Assembly (NCBI GenBank): GCA_043803815.1
Contig: JAZDJR010000029.1
Location: forward strand, 7,979-71,978
Direction of reading: 5' to 3'
Origin: Candidatus Micrarchaeota archaeon
GTDB taxonomy: Archaea; Iainarchaeota; Iainarchaeia; Iainarchaeales; JAGVWC01
Length of the DNA stretch: 64,000 nt
Shown here: positions 18,654-27,446 of the stretch, in pieces
How the letters are laid out: each line of letters starts with the position of its first letter
How positions within the stretch are numbered: the first letter of the stretch is position 1
Position numbers and translations under genes: made by a program
Notes under the pieces: model-generated
Database searches by the model: none
What the model saw: only the letters and a program-made list of their open reading frames with translations
Told to the model about the DNA's origin: nothing

Positions 18654-19199
18654 TTTTTTAATGCAACTATCAAATAAATACTGTTGCTTTTTTACTTATT
18701 GGTTAAGAAAAACAAACCAAAAAGAATGAAAAAAAACAAAAACCAAACCTTTTGGTGGTTTTTTCGAACCGGTTTGGGGTTTTTTTACCATAATTTTTGA
18801 CTTGGAACTTAACTCTATTAAAAACACCAAGGTAATATTTAAACCTATCGCCGTAGTTTGGGGTTTGTTCGTAAAAAAACCCCTTGCCCTGCCTTCAAAC
18901 TCCTTTTCTCTTGTTCACCGCCTTTGAAGGTTAAGACGGCTTAATTTTTGGCAGTTGTTTTGGTCCAAAACCGTTTAATCCGCTAAAAATTGGGCTTTGG
19001 AAGGAATTAACACTGTTTTTTCCAAAACCGGCTTGTTTTTGGAGTGGGAATTGCTCCCGCCGAAAAGGTTTCCTTTTTGGAAAAACCCAAACTTTTGGGC
19101 AATTAAGCCGGTTTTAGTTCTGTTAAGTTATGTAGTAGTTCAGGCGGATTGGATTGATGACAACCTAAAAAACAAATACTATGAGCTGAAAAGAAAAGG

Positions 19200-19322
19200 A
19201 TTGTAGGCGGGCGAATTCCCCCAAATAGTTCGAATCAGTTCCCTGTTTTTGGCTGGCGTTTTCTGCTGAAAAAGTATTACGCATAAAGTGGTATAAAGCG
19301 ATTTCGATGGGGTTCCTTAAAC
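19200..19322. repeat. Element-end repeat copy 1 (copy 2 at 21424-21546)
   Basis: About 120 bp imperfect direct repeat, roughly 80% identical by eye. Confidence 0.88.
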
Positions 19323-19328
19323 GGGCTA

Positions 19329-20357
19329 TTAAACCGTCAAATATTTCATTAACTGACGGTTGGATGCCAGCTGTACTAAACCCTTCGAAAGAAGCTGTTG
19401 GGTTTCTTCCTCGCTCAATCCAATGGAATGGGCAATATTGGCAACCGAGTTTTCTTCTAAAATGCGCTCCGATAAAACCCGTCGAATCAACGGGTTTTCC
19501 AATTGGGAAATAGCCCTCTTGGTTAGTTCGATTCGTTCCTTTTCCAGCACATAACCAGCAGGATCCGCGCGGGTAGTGGAAAGGTCAAATTTTTCTCCGG
19601 TTCTCTTGCGTGAATCTACGTCTCGATGCAGACCGCGGTTCCCAAATTCCCGAATCAGGCCCGAATAGATTTTTTCCCAATACCTTCTATTTGCCTCGGA
19701 GATTTTTCTTCTGGTTGCAGCAGATTGTCGTCGTTTTCTTCCGGCAGCCGCTATTTTGGCACGTGTCGCGTCCGAAAGCGTTTTGCCTGTTAGTGTAGCC
19801 GATATCTTGTCAATCGTCGATTGGGGCAATTTTCGCCCTCGCTGCCAAGCCCCCATCTTGGCTCGCGTTTCTGCACTCTTCTTTTTCCCCTTTCGAGCCA
19901 AAGACCACCTCCGTTTGGTCTCTTCGGAACGGAGTTTGCCTTTATTGCTTTCTCCAATCTTTCGTCTGGTTTCTGCGGAAAGCGGTTTGCCTTTTTTGCC
20001 GGCCCCGATTTTTCGTCTGGTTTCCGCTGAAACACTCTTTCCCGTTGCCGATTGGCTCATCCGCGCACGAACCCCTCCGGTTTTGGCCAACCATACGGCA
20101 TATGCGAGTTTGACTTGTTCGGGTTCTTTGCCTTCAAAAAGATTTTGAAAACCCGGTTTAAGCCCCGTCGGCCGACCAAATAGATACCGTTCCATTTCCT
20201 GCCGAGTTGAAATGCGAAATTGCGACCCGTATTTTTCCAAAAAATAATCCAAAACCTGCTGCCGGGTGGCCCCTCTTCGGAACAATGCCGCTGCCCGACC
20301 AACAGACCACTTGCCGAACCGTAATTGACGCCTTGCCATACCCATACACTGGTTCAC
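19329..20357 (-). CDS. NUMOD3-repeat DNA-binding protein with C-terminal sigma70 region 4-like HTH
   Basis: About 7 repeats of G+xxSxETRRKI with 17-aa period; C-terminal SVANIAHSIGLSEEETQQLLSKG. Confidence 0.75.
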   Translation of the reverse strand: MNQCMGMARRQLRFGKWSVGRAAALFRRGATRQQVLDYFLEKYGSQFRISTRQEMERYLFGRPTGLKPGFQNLFEGKEPEQVKLAYAVWLAKTGGVRARMSQSATGKSVSAETRRKIGAGKKGKPLSAETRRKIGESNKGKLRSEETKRRWSLARKGKKKSAETRAKMGAWQRGRKLPQSTIDKISATLTGKTLSDATRAKIAAAGRKRRQSAATRRKISEANRRYWEKIYSGLIREFGNRGLHRDVDSRKRTGEKFDLSTTRADPAGYVLEKERIELTKRAISQLENPLIRRVLSERILEENSVANIAHSIGLSEEETQQLLSKGLVQLASNRQLMKYLTV

Positions 20358-20818
20358 GAGCCTTTTTGTTTCGGTTTTTCCCCTTTTTTGATTATTTCCC
20401 GCACGCGGTCCAAAAAACCGGATACTTGGTCGAAAATTTCGTTCAAATCCTCTTCGAGTTCGGGGGTCTCCAGCGAGTACTGGATGTCGTTTCGTTTGGA
20501 GCGCAAGGAATCCAAAATAACCGCGTGCTGCATGGTAACCAGTTCCTGCATTTGGTATTTTTCCTCGATATATTTGCAGACGCAGTAATGGCTTCGTTCC
20601 TTGATGCCGTCGCGGAACAGCAAGGCCCGTGCGGCGTGAAAAGAAGCGTTGTAAAGCGCGATAAAAGTCATGTCCTTGATGTTGGAATTGATGAGGGTTT
20701 CGGCTTCGTCCAAAAAGTGCTCGGCTTGTTTCATGCTTTGCTCGGCAAAATTCAGGTTTGGCCGGATTTTCTTGAGGAGCCCCTCTTCAAAACAGCAATC
20801 AACTTTGCTTTTCGTCAA
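20354..20818 (-). CDS. HEPN domain toxin (HEPN-MNT pair)
   Basis: LYNASFHAARALL, ERSH, RNDIQY motifs; overlaps the MNT gene. Confidence 0.88.
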   Translation of the reverse strand: MTKSKVDCCFEEGLLKKIRPNLNFAEQSMKQAEHFLDEAETLINSNIKDMTFIALYNASFHAARALLFRDGIKERSHYCVCKYIEEKYQMQELVTMQHAVILDSLRSKRNDIQYSLETPELEEDLNEIFDQVSGFLDRVREIIKKGEKPKQKGS

Positions 20819-21369
20819 AACCCTTCACCATGCAGTATTTTTGACTTATATTCGAGTTCATTGTAAAAAATAGTATCGTTTTTTTTGAACTGTTCAATGT
20901 CTTCCTTGGTGAAAAACTTAATGCTGACTTCGCGCCCCAGTTCATTGGTGAACTGCTGTTTAATCTTTCCCGCTTCAACCAAACCGGGCTTTTTGTCGGA
21001 CAGAGCCCACAAGTCAATGTCGCTTTGTTTGTCCACGGTTCCATCGACAACGCTTCCGTAAACACCGATGGAGTCCGAAAGCTTTTGGATGATTGAAAAT
21101 GTTTTTGAGTTCAGGATTTTGGTTGTGAAAACCAGGGCAATCATTTCGCGGACAAGCGGGTTTTTTTTGTTGAGCCCAATCACTTTTCGGTTCTTGTCAT
21201 TTGAAACCGTCACAAGCCTGTTTTTCGAATAGGGCACAAGGAACTGCGTTACCTTGGCTGGGGAACAATTGGCTTTTTTGGCCAAGTCCCGCACGGAAGT
21301 GTTTTCCTCGATAAGCAGCTCGAACAATTGGAGATTAAACGGCCCGAGCAGTTTTGAAAGTTCAATCAT
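20815..21369 (-). CDS. HTH-MNT minimal nucleotidyltransferase antitoxin
   Basis: N-terminal HTH (SVRDLAKKANCS), YGS-x10-DID motif. Confidence 0.88.
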   Translation of the reverse strand: MIELSKLLGPFNLQLFELLIEENTSVRDLAKKANCSPAKVTQFLVPYSKNRLVTVSNDKNRKVIGLNKKNPLVREMIALVFTTKILNSKTFSIIQKLSDSIGVYGSVVDGTVDKQSDIDLWALSDKKPGLVEAGKIKQQFTNELGREVSIKFFTKEDIEQFKKNDTIFYNELEYKSKILHGEGF

Positions 21370-21383
21370 GCAACAAATTAGAG

Positions 21384-21424
21384 TGTTTACAATTTATAAA
21401 CATAATGTTTACAAAAAGTAAACA
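21384..21424. promoter_or_regulatory. Two tandem palindromic operators overlapping the TATA box of the MNT-HEPN operon
   Basis: TGTTTACAATTTATAAACA (21384-21402) and TGTTTACAAAAAGTAAACA (21406-21424). Confidence 0.7.
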
Positions 21425-21441
21425 TTGCAGGCGGGCAGATT
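21424..21441 (-). repeat. att site (duplicated tRNA-Leu 3' end)
   Basis: Exact match to 51206-51223. Confidence 0.93.
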
Positions 21442-21579
21442 TACCCCAATAGTTTGAATCAGTTTCCGGTTTTGGTTGACTTTTTCTGCTGAAACACCAT
21501 TATGCATAAAGTAGTATAAAGCGTTTTCGATGGTGTTCCCTAAAACTATTTTTGCCCGTGATCCGGTTCTCTGTTTTTT

Positions 21580-22116
21580 TTAGTGGGCAAGGATTTTTGT
21601 TTGTCCGTATTCGGTTTTTTTGGTTGGGGCGTCTGCCGCGAGTTCGTCAATGAGCTGTTTTAGTGGCAGGATTTCTTCCCTGAATTTTAGCTCTTTTTTT
21701 GTGATGGAGTGGATTAGTTTTGTTTGTTCTCCCTGACCGATTTTGATGATTATGGAGTCGGTTTTGGGGGTGTCTTCCTCAATGAGATTGGCCAGTTCTT
21801 TTTTGCTGTTTTCGACCTCTTTGCTGCGTTTTCGTTGTATGGTGTCGAGTGTTTTAAGGGGGTCTTGGGTGTAGTAAACCGTGGGTGTGGTGTTGTTGGC
21901 TTGGATTAGTTCCCAGGCCAGTAGTTCGCGTAGGACGGTGTAGGTGGTGGCTTGGTTTACGCCTGTTTCGACAATTAGGTCGCTTGCGGTTTTGGTGTCG
22001 CTGGTTAGCAAGGCGTTGTATATTCGTGCGTGGTTGATGCCAAAGCCGGGAACGAGGTCCGTGAAAATGGCTTTTAGCTTCAAGGCGCTTTCAGGTGTCT
22101 GTATGGTTTCGAGCAT
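21580..22116 (-). CDS. TrmB-family HTH transcriptional regulator
   Basis: ARIYNALL...TASDLIVETGVNQATTYTVLRELLAWELI. Confidence 0.8.
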   Translation of the reverse strand: MLETIQTPESALKLKAIFTDLVPGFGINHARIYNALLTSDTKTASDLIVETGVNQATTYTVLRELLAWELIQANNTTPTVYYTQDPLKTLDTIQRKRSKEVENSKKELANLIEEDTPKTDSIIIKIGQGEQTKLIHSITKKELKFREEILPLKQLIDELAADAPTKKTEYGQTKILAH

Positions 22117-22236
22117 ACATATTGCCTCTCTAGGAGCCTAATATGGCTGCGGTTTAAATTTGTTCAACCTGCTGGTTGATTGGCGATTGTCGTAAAATTT
22201 GTGTATTATTAGGGTTTTCGGGCTCCAAAAAACACC

Positions 22237-22497
22237 ATGTTTCAACCATCCGATTTCTGGGACCAAACAACCGTGGGACAGATTATTGTCCTGCTCAAAC
22301 AAAAGCCCGGTCTGTACTCGAAAGAAGTTTTTTTAGCACTTGCCGAAAAAGGAAATAAGTCGAGCATGCAAAATGTCCACAAAATGCTTAAGCGGCTTGT
22401 AAAAAAATCCGTTGTAACAAAAAAGGACTTGAAATATTCCCTCTCGCCCGAATGGATAAAACAGTTCAACCAGTTTGCCGATTTTTTGCAAAAATAA
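22237..22497 (+). CDS. Small winged-helix protein
   Basis: SMQNVHKMLKRLVKKSVV...YSLSPEW; divergent from the TrmB gene. Confidence 0.7.
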   Translation: MFQPSDFWDQTTVGQIIVLLKQKPGLYSKEVFLALAEKGNKSSMQNVHKMLKRLVKKSVVTKKDLKYSLSPEWIKQFNQFADFLQK

Positions 22498-22529
22498 TCT
22501 TATATATACAAAAAACACTAGCAGTTGCT

Positions 22530-22964
22530 ATGGTCAGTATGGATGCGATTTTACGTTCTAGCGAACCTTCACAAGAATTCAAGCATTTAGATGAACGGTT
22601 TCAAAAAAATGATATTGAACATCGAGTCCGATATTCTGTGCTCATTGGACACCTTTATTTAGAAAATAGAATTAATATTTTACTAGAAAAAATCGCTGCG
22701 AAAAACAGCAATCATGCACTTGGCTGGGCAACTGATTTGAGCTTTTACAATAAAAGTACTCTTTTACTTTTCAATGGTTTAATAAAACCGAACTTGCACG
22801 CAGAATTAAAGAAAATTAACGATGCACGGAATGCGTTTGTTCATAAACTTTGGCCGGCTGAAGCGAAATTTGACGAAATAAGTTTGTTAGAGGAAAGCGG
22901 AATAGAAAAAATAAGAGTTGCGATTATAGCCGCCAACGAAGAACTTAAGAATATCCGCATTTGA
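22530..22964 (+). CDS. HEPN-like (MtlR-like) protein
   Basis: GHLYLE ... INDARNAFVH (Rx4H); TATA-like TATATATA about 25 bp upstream of ATG 22530. Confidence 0.65.
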   Translation: MVSMDAILRSSEPSQEFKHLDERFQKNDIEHRVRYSVLIGHLYLENRINILLEKIAAKNSNHALGWATDLSFYNKSTLLLFNGLIKPNLHAELKKINDARNAFVHKLWPAEAKFDEISLLEESGIEKIRVAIIAANEELKNIRI

Positions 22965-22995
22965 TGTCAAATTGGCTAAGCGCGCTAACAATATA

Positions 22996-25212
22996 TTAAG
23001 CGCTAAATAATTCCTCTATTTTTTGTTTTGCTTCGAATCTGCCGAGTGTGGGGCCGTGTTGTTTGTAGGCGTTTCTTAGGCTGTTTTGGGTTACGATGAA
23101 GTACCATTCTTTGTATTTTTTGAGTCGTTCGATTTTTTCCTGTAATTCTTGGGGGTTGTGGAAACTGTTTCCGGTTTCGATTTCAAAGGCAATTGTTTTT
23201 TCTTTGGCGACAAAGACGAGGTCGGCCTGTTGGACTGCGTTTCGCGCTACTTTGTCCGTGTGTTTTTGGATTTCTTCGTATAGTAATTGGGCTAGGAATT
23301 TGTGGTCAATGGATTCGTTTTCTGGGTGGGGGTTTATCAGGTATGCTCTGGGTCCGCCTTGTTCCAAGCCCATTTGCTTTGTTTCCAGGTATCCTGCGCT
23401 TTTGAGGAATTCGATTTGTTTGTCGTTTAATTCCGAAACGGGGTAGTGCTTTTTGCTTAGCGTGTAGACTTCTTCGCTTAGGTCCTCATTTTCCAATAGT
23501 TTTTCGCGTAGGATTTCTCTTTTTCGTAGTTCTTCTGGGTTTGTGGTGATGATGTCGTATTCTTTTTCCGATGCAAGGACTTTGATGGGCAATCGGTCGT
23601 TCATGGCGAATAATAGTCCTTCTCCTTTTTCTGCGGTCAGGATGAAGTTTTTTTCTTCTTTGTTTAATCCGAATTTTTCGGTTATTTCGATTGAAACCGC
23701 TGGGTCCTGCCGGAGTAACAGTTTCCATGCTGTGTTGGCGAGAATTGTGTTTCCGGCGGGGCTGTTGAGCAGGTCGTTTACTTCTTGGGTGATGATGACG
23801 AGGCCTGCGCCGAATTTTCGGGCTGTTTTGCATATTTTGAATAGGTATTCGGCGTGTTCTCCGTGTCGCAGTAATTGCCATGCTTCGTCCACGACGATGA
23901 TTTTTCTTTCGCGGTCTTTTTGGGTTTTTTCATAAATAAAATCCAAAACCAAAAACATTAATGCCGGTTTTACCTGGTTAGGCATTTCCTTGATGTTAAA
24001 AGAAATCAGTTTCTTTTCCAGATTCAGGCTGGTTTGCTTGTTCATGAACGAGAAGCTGCCGTGTGCGTAAATTTGCAAGCGATTGAGCAGGGCGTCGTAG
24101 GTCATTTTTTCGATTTGGCTGGCTTTTCGCGCGTTTTGCTCTAATACTTCGAATAGGTCGCTTAGGACGGGTGGTTTTTGTTTCCATGTTTCCGGGCTAT
24201 TGGGGTGAATTCCCTTGTTTTTGTAGGTTTGAATCAGAGCCTTGTCTAATGTGTTTTTTTGTACTTCGGTCAGTTCGCCGAACATTATCCGGAACAAATC
24301 CATAAGGGACAACAGTTTGTCGCCGAAGTCGCGTCCCATCAAGTCCAATGGATTGATGATTGTGTCGGAATCGCGGGAAATATTTACGAGTTGGCCGTCA
24401 TATTTTTGGCACAAGTCGGAATATTCGCCTTGCGGGTCGATGATGTAACTTTGCGTGTTTTTCAACAAGTTCCGGATTAGGTATAGTTTGACAAAAAAGC
24501 TTTTTCCGCCGCCGCTTGAACCAAGGACTAACCCGTTGTAGTTGGCGAAGTCGTATTGGTTCAAAATGATTGGGATATTGTTGTTGATGTTTACGCCGAA
24601 CATTACGCCGTCTTCTTTCAAATCCAAAAATGAGGAAGTAAACGGAAAACAGGCCGCCAATGGACTGCTTGGAATGTTTCTTTGGATGCGGAGCTTGTCC
24701 TGTGCGATTGGAATAATGGATTGCAAGGCCTGTTGCATGCGAAAATAGGGTGTTTTTGGGATTATCATCATCGAGTTTAATTCGGATTCGATTTTTCGGG
24801 TTGCCAAATCCAATTCCGGCTTGTCAAAGGCGCGCGCGTTAACGTAAAAACTCAAATTGAACAGTTTTTCCTCGCCGGTCTGCAGGGATTGCAGGGTTTT
24901 GTAGGTGTCGTCATACTGGACCTTCAAGGAAGGATTGACGATTCCGCGGGTTTCCGAGGCTAATATGTCTGATTTTTGCTTGACAAGCTCTTGGTTCAGT
25001 TTTCCCAAAATCAATTCGATTGATGCGGGTTCCACGTGCAGGGATAAGTCAAAGTTTCCTTCGCTTGAAACGATTCGGTCCAGCCATCCTTCTTGTATTG
25101 TGCGCGGGTAGCCTACTGCCATGACTATTCGGTTATACGTGTCATTTATCTGAATCGAATCCGGCTCGTTGTTGACATAGGACGGTTTCAACAATTTTTC
25201 TAAACAGAACAT
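22996..25212 (-). CDS. VirB4/TraC-like conjugative ATPase with C-terminal PD-(D/E)XK-like extension
   Basis: GSSGGGKS Walker A, IIDPQGEY, IVVDEAW Walker B, RKFGAGLVIITQ, GEGLL. Confidence 0.9.
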   Translation of the reverse strand: MFCLEKLLKPSYVNNEPDSIQINDTYNRIVMAVGYPRTIQEGWLDRIVSSEGNFDLSLHVEPASIELILGKLNQELVKQKSDILASETRGIVNPSLKVQYDDTYKTLQSLQTGEEKLFNLSFYVNARAFDKPELDLATRKIESELNSMMIIPKTPYFRMQQALQSIIPIAQDKLRIQRNIPSSPLAACFPFTSSFLDLKEDGVMFGVNINNNIPIILNQYDFANYNGLVLGSSGGGKSFFVKLYLIRNLLKNTQSYIIDPQGEYSDLCQKYDGQLVNISRDSDTIINPLDLMGRDFGDKLLSLMDLFRIMFGELTEVQKNTLDKALIQTYKNKGIHPNSPETWKQKPPVLSDLFEVLEQNARKASQIEKMTYDALLNRLQIYAHGSFSFMNKQTSLNLEKKLISFNIKEMPNQVKPALMFLVLDFIYEKTQKDRERKIIVVDEAWQLLRHGEHAEYLFKICKTARKFGAGLVIITQEVNDLLNSPAGNTILANTAWKLLLRQDPAVSIEITEKFGLNKEEKNFILTAEKGEGLLFAMNDRLPIKVLASEKEYDIITTNPEELRKREILREKLLENEDLSEEVYTLSKKHYPVSELNDKQIEFLKSAGYLETKQMGLEQGGPRAYLINPHPENESIDHKFLAQLLYEEIQKHTDKVARNAVQQADLVFVAKEKTIAFEIETGNSFHNPQELQEKIERLKKYKEWYFIVTQNSLRNAYKQHGPTLGRFEAKQKIEELFSA

Positions 25213-25276
25213 AAATTGAGTAAAACCAACCGAAAACGCTTAAAAGCAGGCAGTGAAAGAATTCAGCAGAATGCGA

Positions 25277-25606
25277 TTATTTGCCGCGTGGGAGTTGTTG
25301 CGACCAAACCATGCCGGTCTTGGTATCTTTGTTAATTTCGCCCAACCAGCGTCCGTTCGCGTTGTAAAAATCCTGCCGAACAACTGGCCCATCTTTGGAC
25401 ATAACCGAAATGTTTCCATCATCTAAAACGCTTGCGGTTCGATACTTACTCTTAAAGGTTCCCGCTTTAATCATTCGGAGCGTTTTCTGCGTTAGCTGCT
25501 GTCCGCGTGCAACATTGACTCCGCGCACAGTTGCTTTCCCGGCTCTTAGAAGACCTCTTCCAAATGCGTTAATCCCGCGTCGAATTTTTCCAGCTGGCTT
25601 TGCCAT
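25277..25606 (-). CDS. Basic hypothetical protein
   Basis: 109-aa ORF inside the transfer operon. Confidence 0.6.
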   Translation of the reverse strand: MAKPAGKIRRGINAFGRGLLRAGKATVRGVNVARGQQLTQKTLRMIKAGTFKSKYRTASVLDDGNISVMSKDGPVVRQDFYNANGRWLGEINKDTKTGMVWSQQLPRGK

Positions 25607-25641
25607 TCAATTACCTAGTTATATTGCGGTTTTTCCCCTTT

Positions 25642-26568
25642 TTATTTCTTTGTTTTGGCGTTTTGAATAAGCGTCAATTCTCCGAGGTATTGGTTTTTTG
25701 TTTCCAAAAATTCGTCAAAAAAAGCCGCCATTAAACTCAGTAATTCGTCGTTTTCGAGCCGTGCGCTTAGCAAATTGCTTTTTTTGAGTTTTTGCTGGCA
25801 GAGCTTGACGCGGATTTCCAATTGCTGTAACGAGTTTTGCTGGTTTATTTCGTAACTGGTTTTCTTTTTTTGTTTTGAAAAGAGGTTTTGCAATCCGATG
25901 ATGCAGTCTTGCAGGGCCTTGGTTTTGCTGGTCGGCGAATAGGGGATTACAACGTAGAATTGCCTGTTTTTAACTTTTTTTTCGCCGATGTGGTTTTGGA
26001 CGAATTCTTCAAAAGAGCCGAATTGCTCCAAAATCTTGGGGTCTTTGGTTTCCAATGCCTGCAATTCAAGTTTTTTCAAATAGTCCGACAGATTCAGGTT
26101 GATGGTTCGCATGACTATTTGGACGGAAAAGTCCAGGGAGTTCAAAAATTCCTTGTAGGCTTGGATGATTGCTTCCTGTTCGGTCTTGGATAGCATGTGG
26201 AAATTCAATGGCATTATTTGCAGGATTGCCCGGATTGAACCTTCTTTCAGGTAGACCACGTTTTTTTCGATTTTTTTGATTCCAACCAATTGCTCAAGTT
26301 TTGGGTCAAAGTAGCCTGCTCTTTTGATGCTTTTGTGAAAAACCCAAATCTCTTTCACACGGTCAAATAACCCAAAGAACGCGAATCCTGTTCCAATGCC
26401 CATGAATGGCAGGGCAATCAGGAAGCGGACGGTCAAATCGAATGGTGCGCGGATAAGGATAATCGCGCTGATGATTCCAAACACGCCAATCCACAGTAAT
26501 TGTTCAAACGTCAGGTTGAACATGATTTTTTCCTTATACTGCAAGTTGGACGGGATTTCGTAGGCCAT
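25642..26568 (-). CDS. PrgI/VirB3-like membrane protein fused to a VirB4 N-terminal-like domain
   Basis: MAYEIPSNLQYKEKIMFNLTFEQL + 2 TM; PLNFHMLS..EQEAII..YKEFLNSL..VQI. Confidence 0.75.
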   Translation of the reverse strand: MAYEIPSNLQYKEKIMFNLTFEQLLWIGVFGIISAIILIRAPFDLTVRFLIALPFMGIGTGFAFFGLFDRVKEIWVFHKSIKRAGYFDPKLEQLVGIKKIEKNVVYLKEGSIRAILQIMPLNFHMLSKTEQEAIIQAYKEFLNSLDFSVQIVMRTINLNLSDYLKKLELQALETKDPKILEQFGSFEEFVQNHIGEKKVKNRQFYVVIPYSPTSKTKALQDCIIGLQNLFSKQKKKTSYEINQQNSLQQLEIRVKLCQQKLKKSNLLSARLENDELLSLMAAFFDEFLETKNQYLGELTLIQNAKTKK

Positions 26569-26618
26569 TGTTTTTCCTCCTTTTCATTGGTCGATAGGGT
26601 AAACTGCACATTTTGTTT

Positions 26619-27446
26619 TCACGCTGCCAGGGCCATTGCTGATTTTGCAACGGTTGCCAAGTCAATTTTTAATCCAACGGAATGCATTGCTTTTTCGATG
26701 GCAATTTTCAAGCACAAAACATTGGCGATGAAGATTAGCAGGAAGGCTGTGGCTGGCGCCAAGGTGCTCATCAAGACCATGCCGGCAAATTCTCCTTCGA
26801 AAGCCTGAACCGCGATTAAAATAATTACGTCCAAGACCTGCATGAAAATTGTGATGCCCAAAATGTTGAGAATGATTTTTCCGTACGATTCTAGTGGCGG
26901 GATAAAGTACAGGAACAGGCCGACGGGGAACAGCATTATACCGATTATCAAAATTATTTGCCGCAGTATCAGGGTAATCGTGGTTAGTGCGATGAACAGG
27001 CTTAGTATTCCGGTCCAGATGAAGTCCAGTCCTGCGAATCCGGGGCTGAACAGGGTTTCGAACTGGGTGTCCCATAAATAAGTTGTCATTCCGCTTGAAG
27101 CCTGCAAAATCAACGAATAAATCAACAGGCTCGCGTTTACGACCACGAGCATGAAAACCGCTTTTTTCAGCCATTGCTTTGACTGTTCCCGTTCAACCGC
27201 GTCAATGCTGCCGACAATGAACTTTAACCCGATTCCCATGAACAAAAGTAAGTAGAACGCGTTGATGATGGCAATGAAAACAAGCCATAAACTCTCGAAG
27301 TGCATGGGTTCGATATTGCTGGTTATGAGTGTCTTTGCAACGTCCAGCATGGGCTGGCTAAAACCGAAAAATGACTGTTTCAATGATTCAAATAAGGCCC
27401 CAGAAATAGCTTGGGGCAGGTTTCCCATTATTTCCCACAAACCCAT
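26619..27446 (-). CDS. VirB6-like polytopic membrane protein
   Basis: 6-7 TM helices, ILRQIILIIGIMLFP motif, position in the transfer operon. Confidence 0.7.
   Translation of the reverse strand: MGLWEIMGNLPQAISGALFESLKQSFFGFSQPMLDVAKTLITSNIEPMHFESLWLVFIAIINAFYLLLFMGIGLKFIVGSIDAVEREQSKQWLKKAVFMLVVVNASLLIYSLILQASSGMTTYLWDTQFETLFSPGFAGLDFIWTGILSLFIALTTITLILRQIILIIGIMLFPVGLFLYFIPPLESYGKIILNILGITIFMQVLDVIILIAVQAFEGEFAGMVLMSTLAPATAFLLIFIANVLCLKIAIEKAMHSVGLKIDLATVAKSAMALAA

Larger units (their letters stand above)
19200..21423. mobile_element. 2.2 kb att-bounded mini-element or remnant in tandem with the main element
   Basis: Degenerate att core ATTGTAGGCGGGCGAATT (15/18 match) plus ~100 bp of end sequence repeated at 21424-21545. 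Confidence 0.75.

Noticed and set aside
18997-19206. 69-aa + strand ORF
   Set aside because: TTG start, no motif, and it runs into the degenerate att site; not supportable.
19200-19217. Possible additional tRNA gene
   Set aside because: Only a degenerate 3' tRNA fragment (att core); no cloverleaf.
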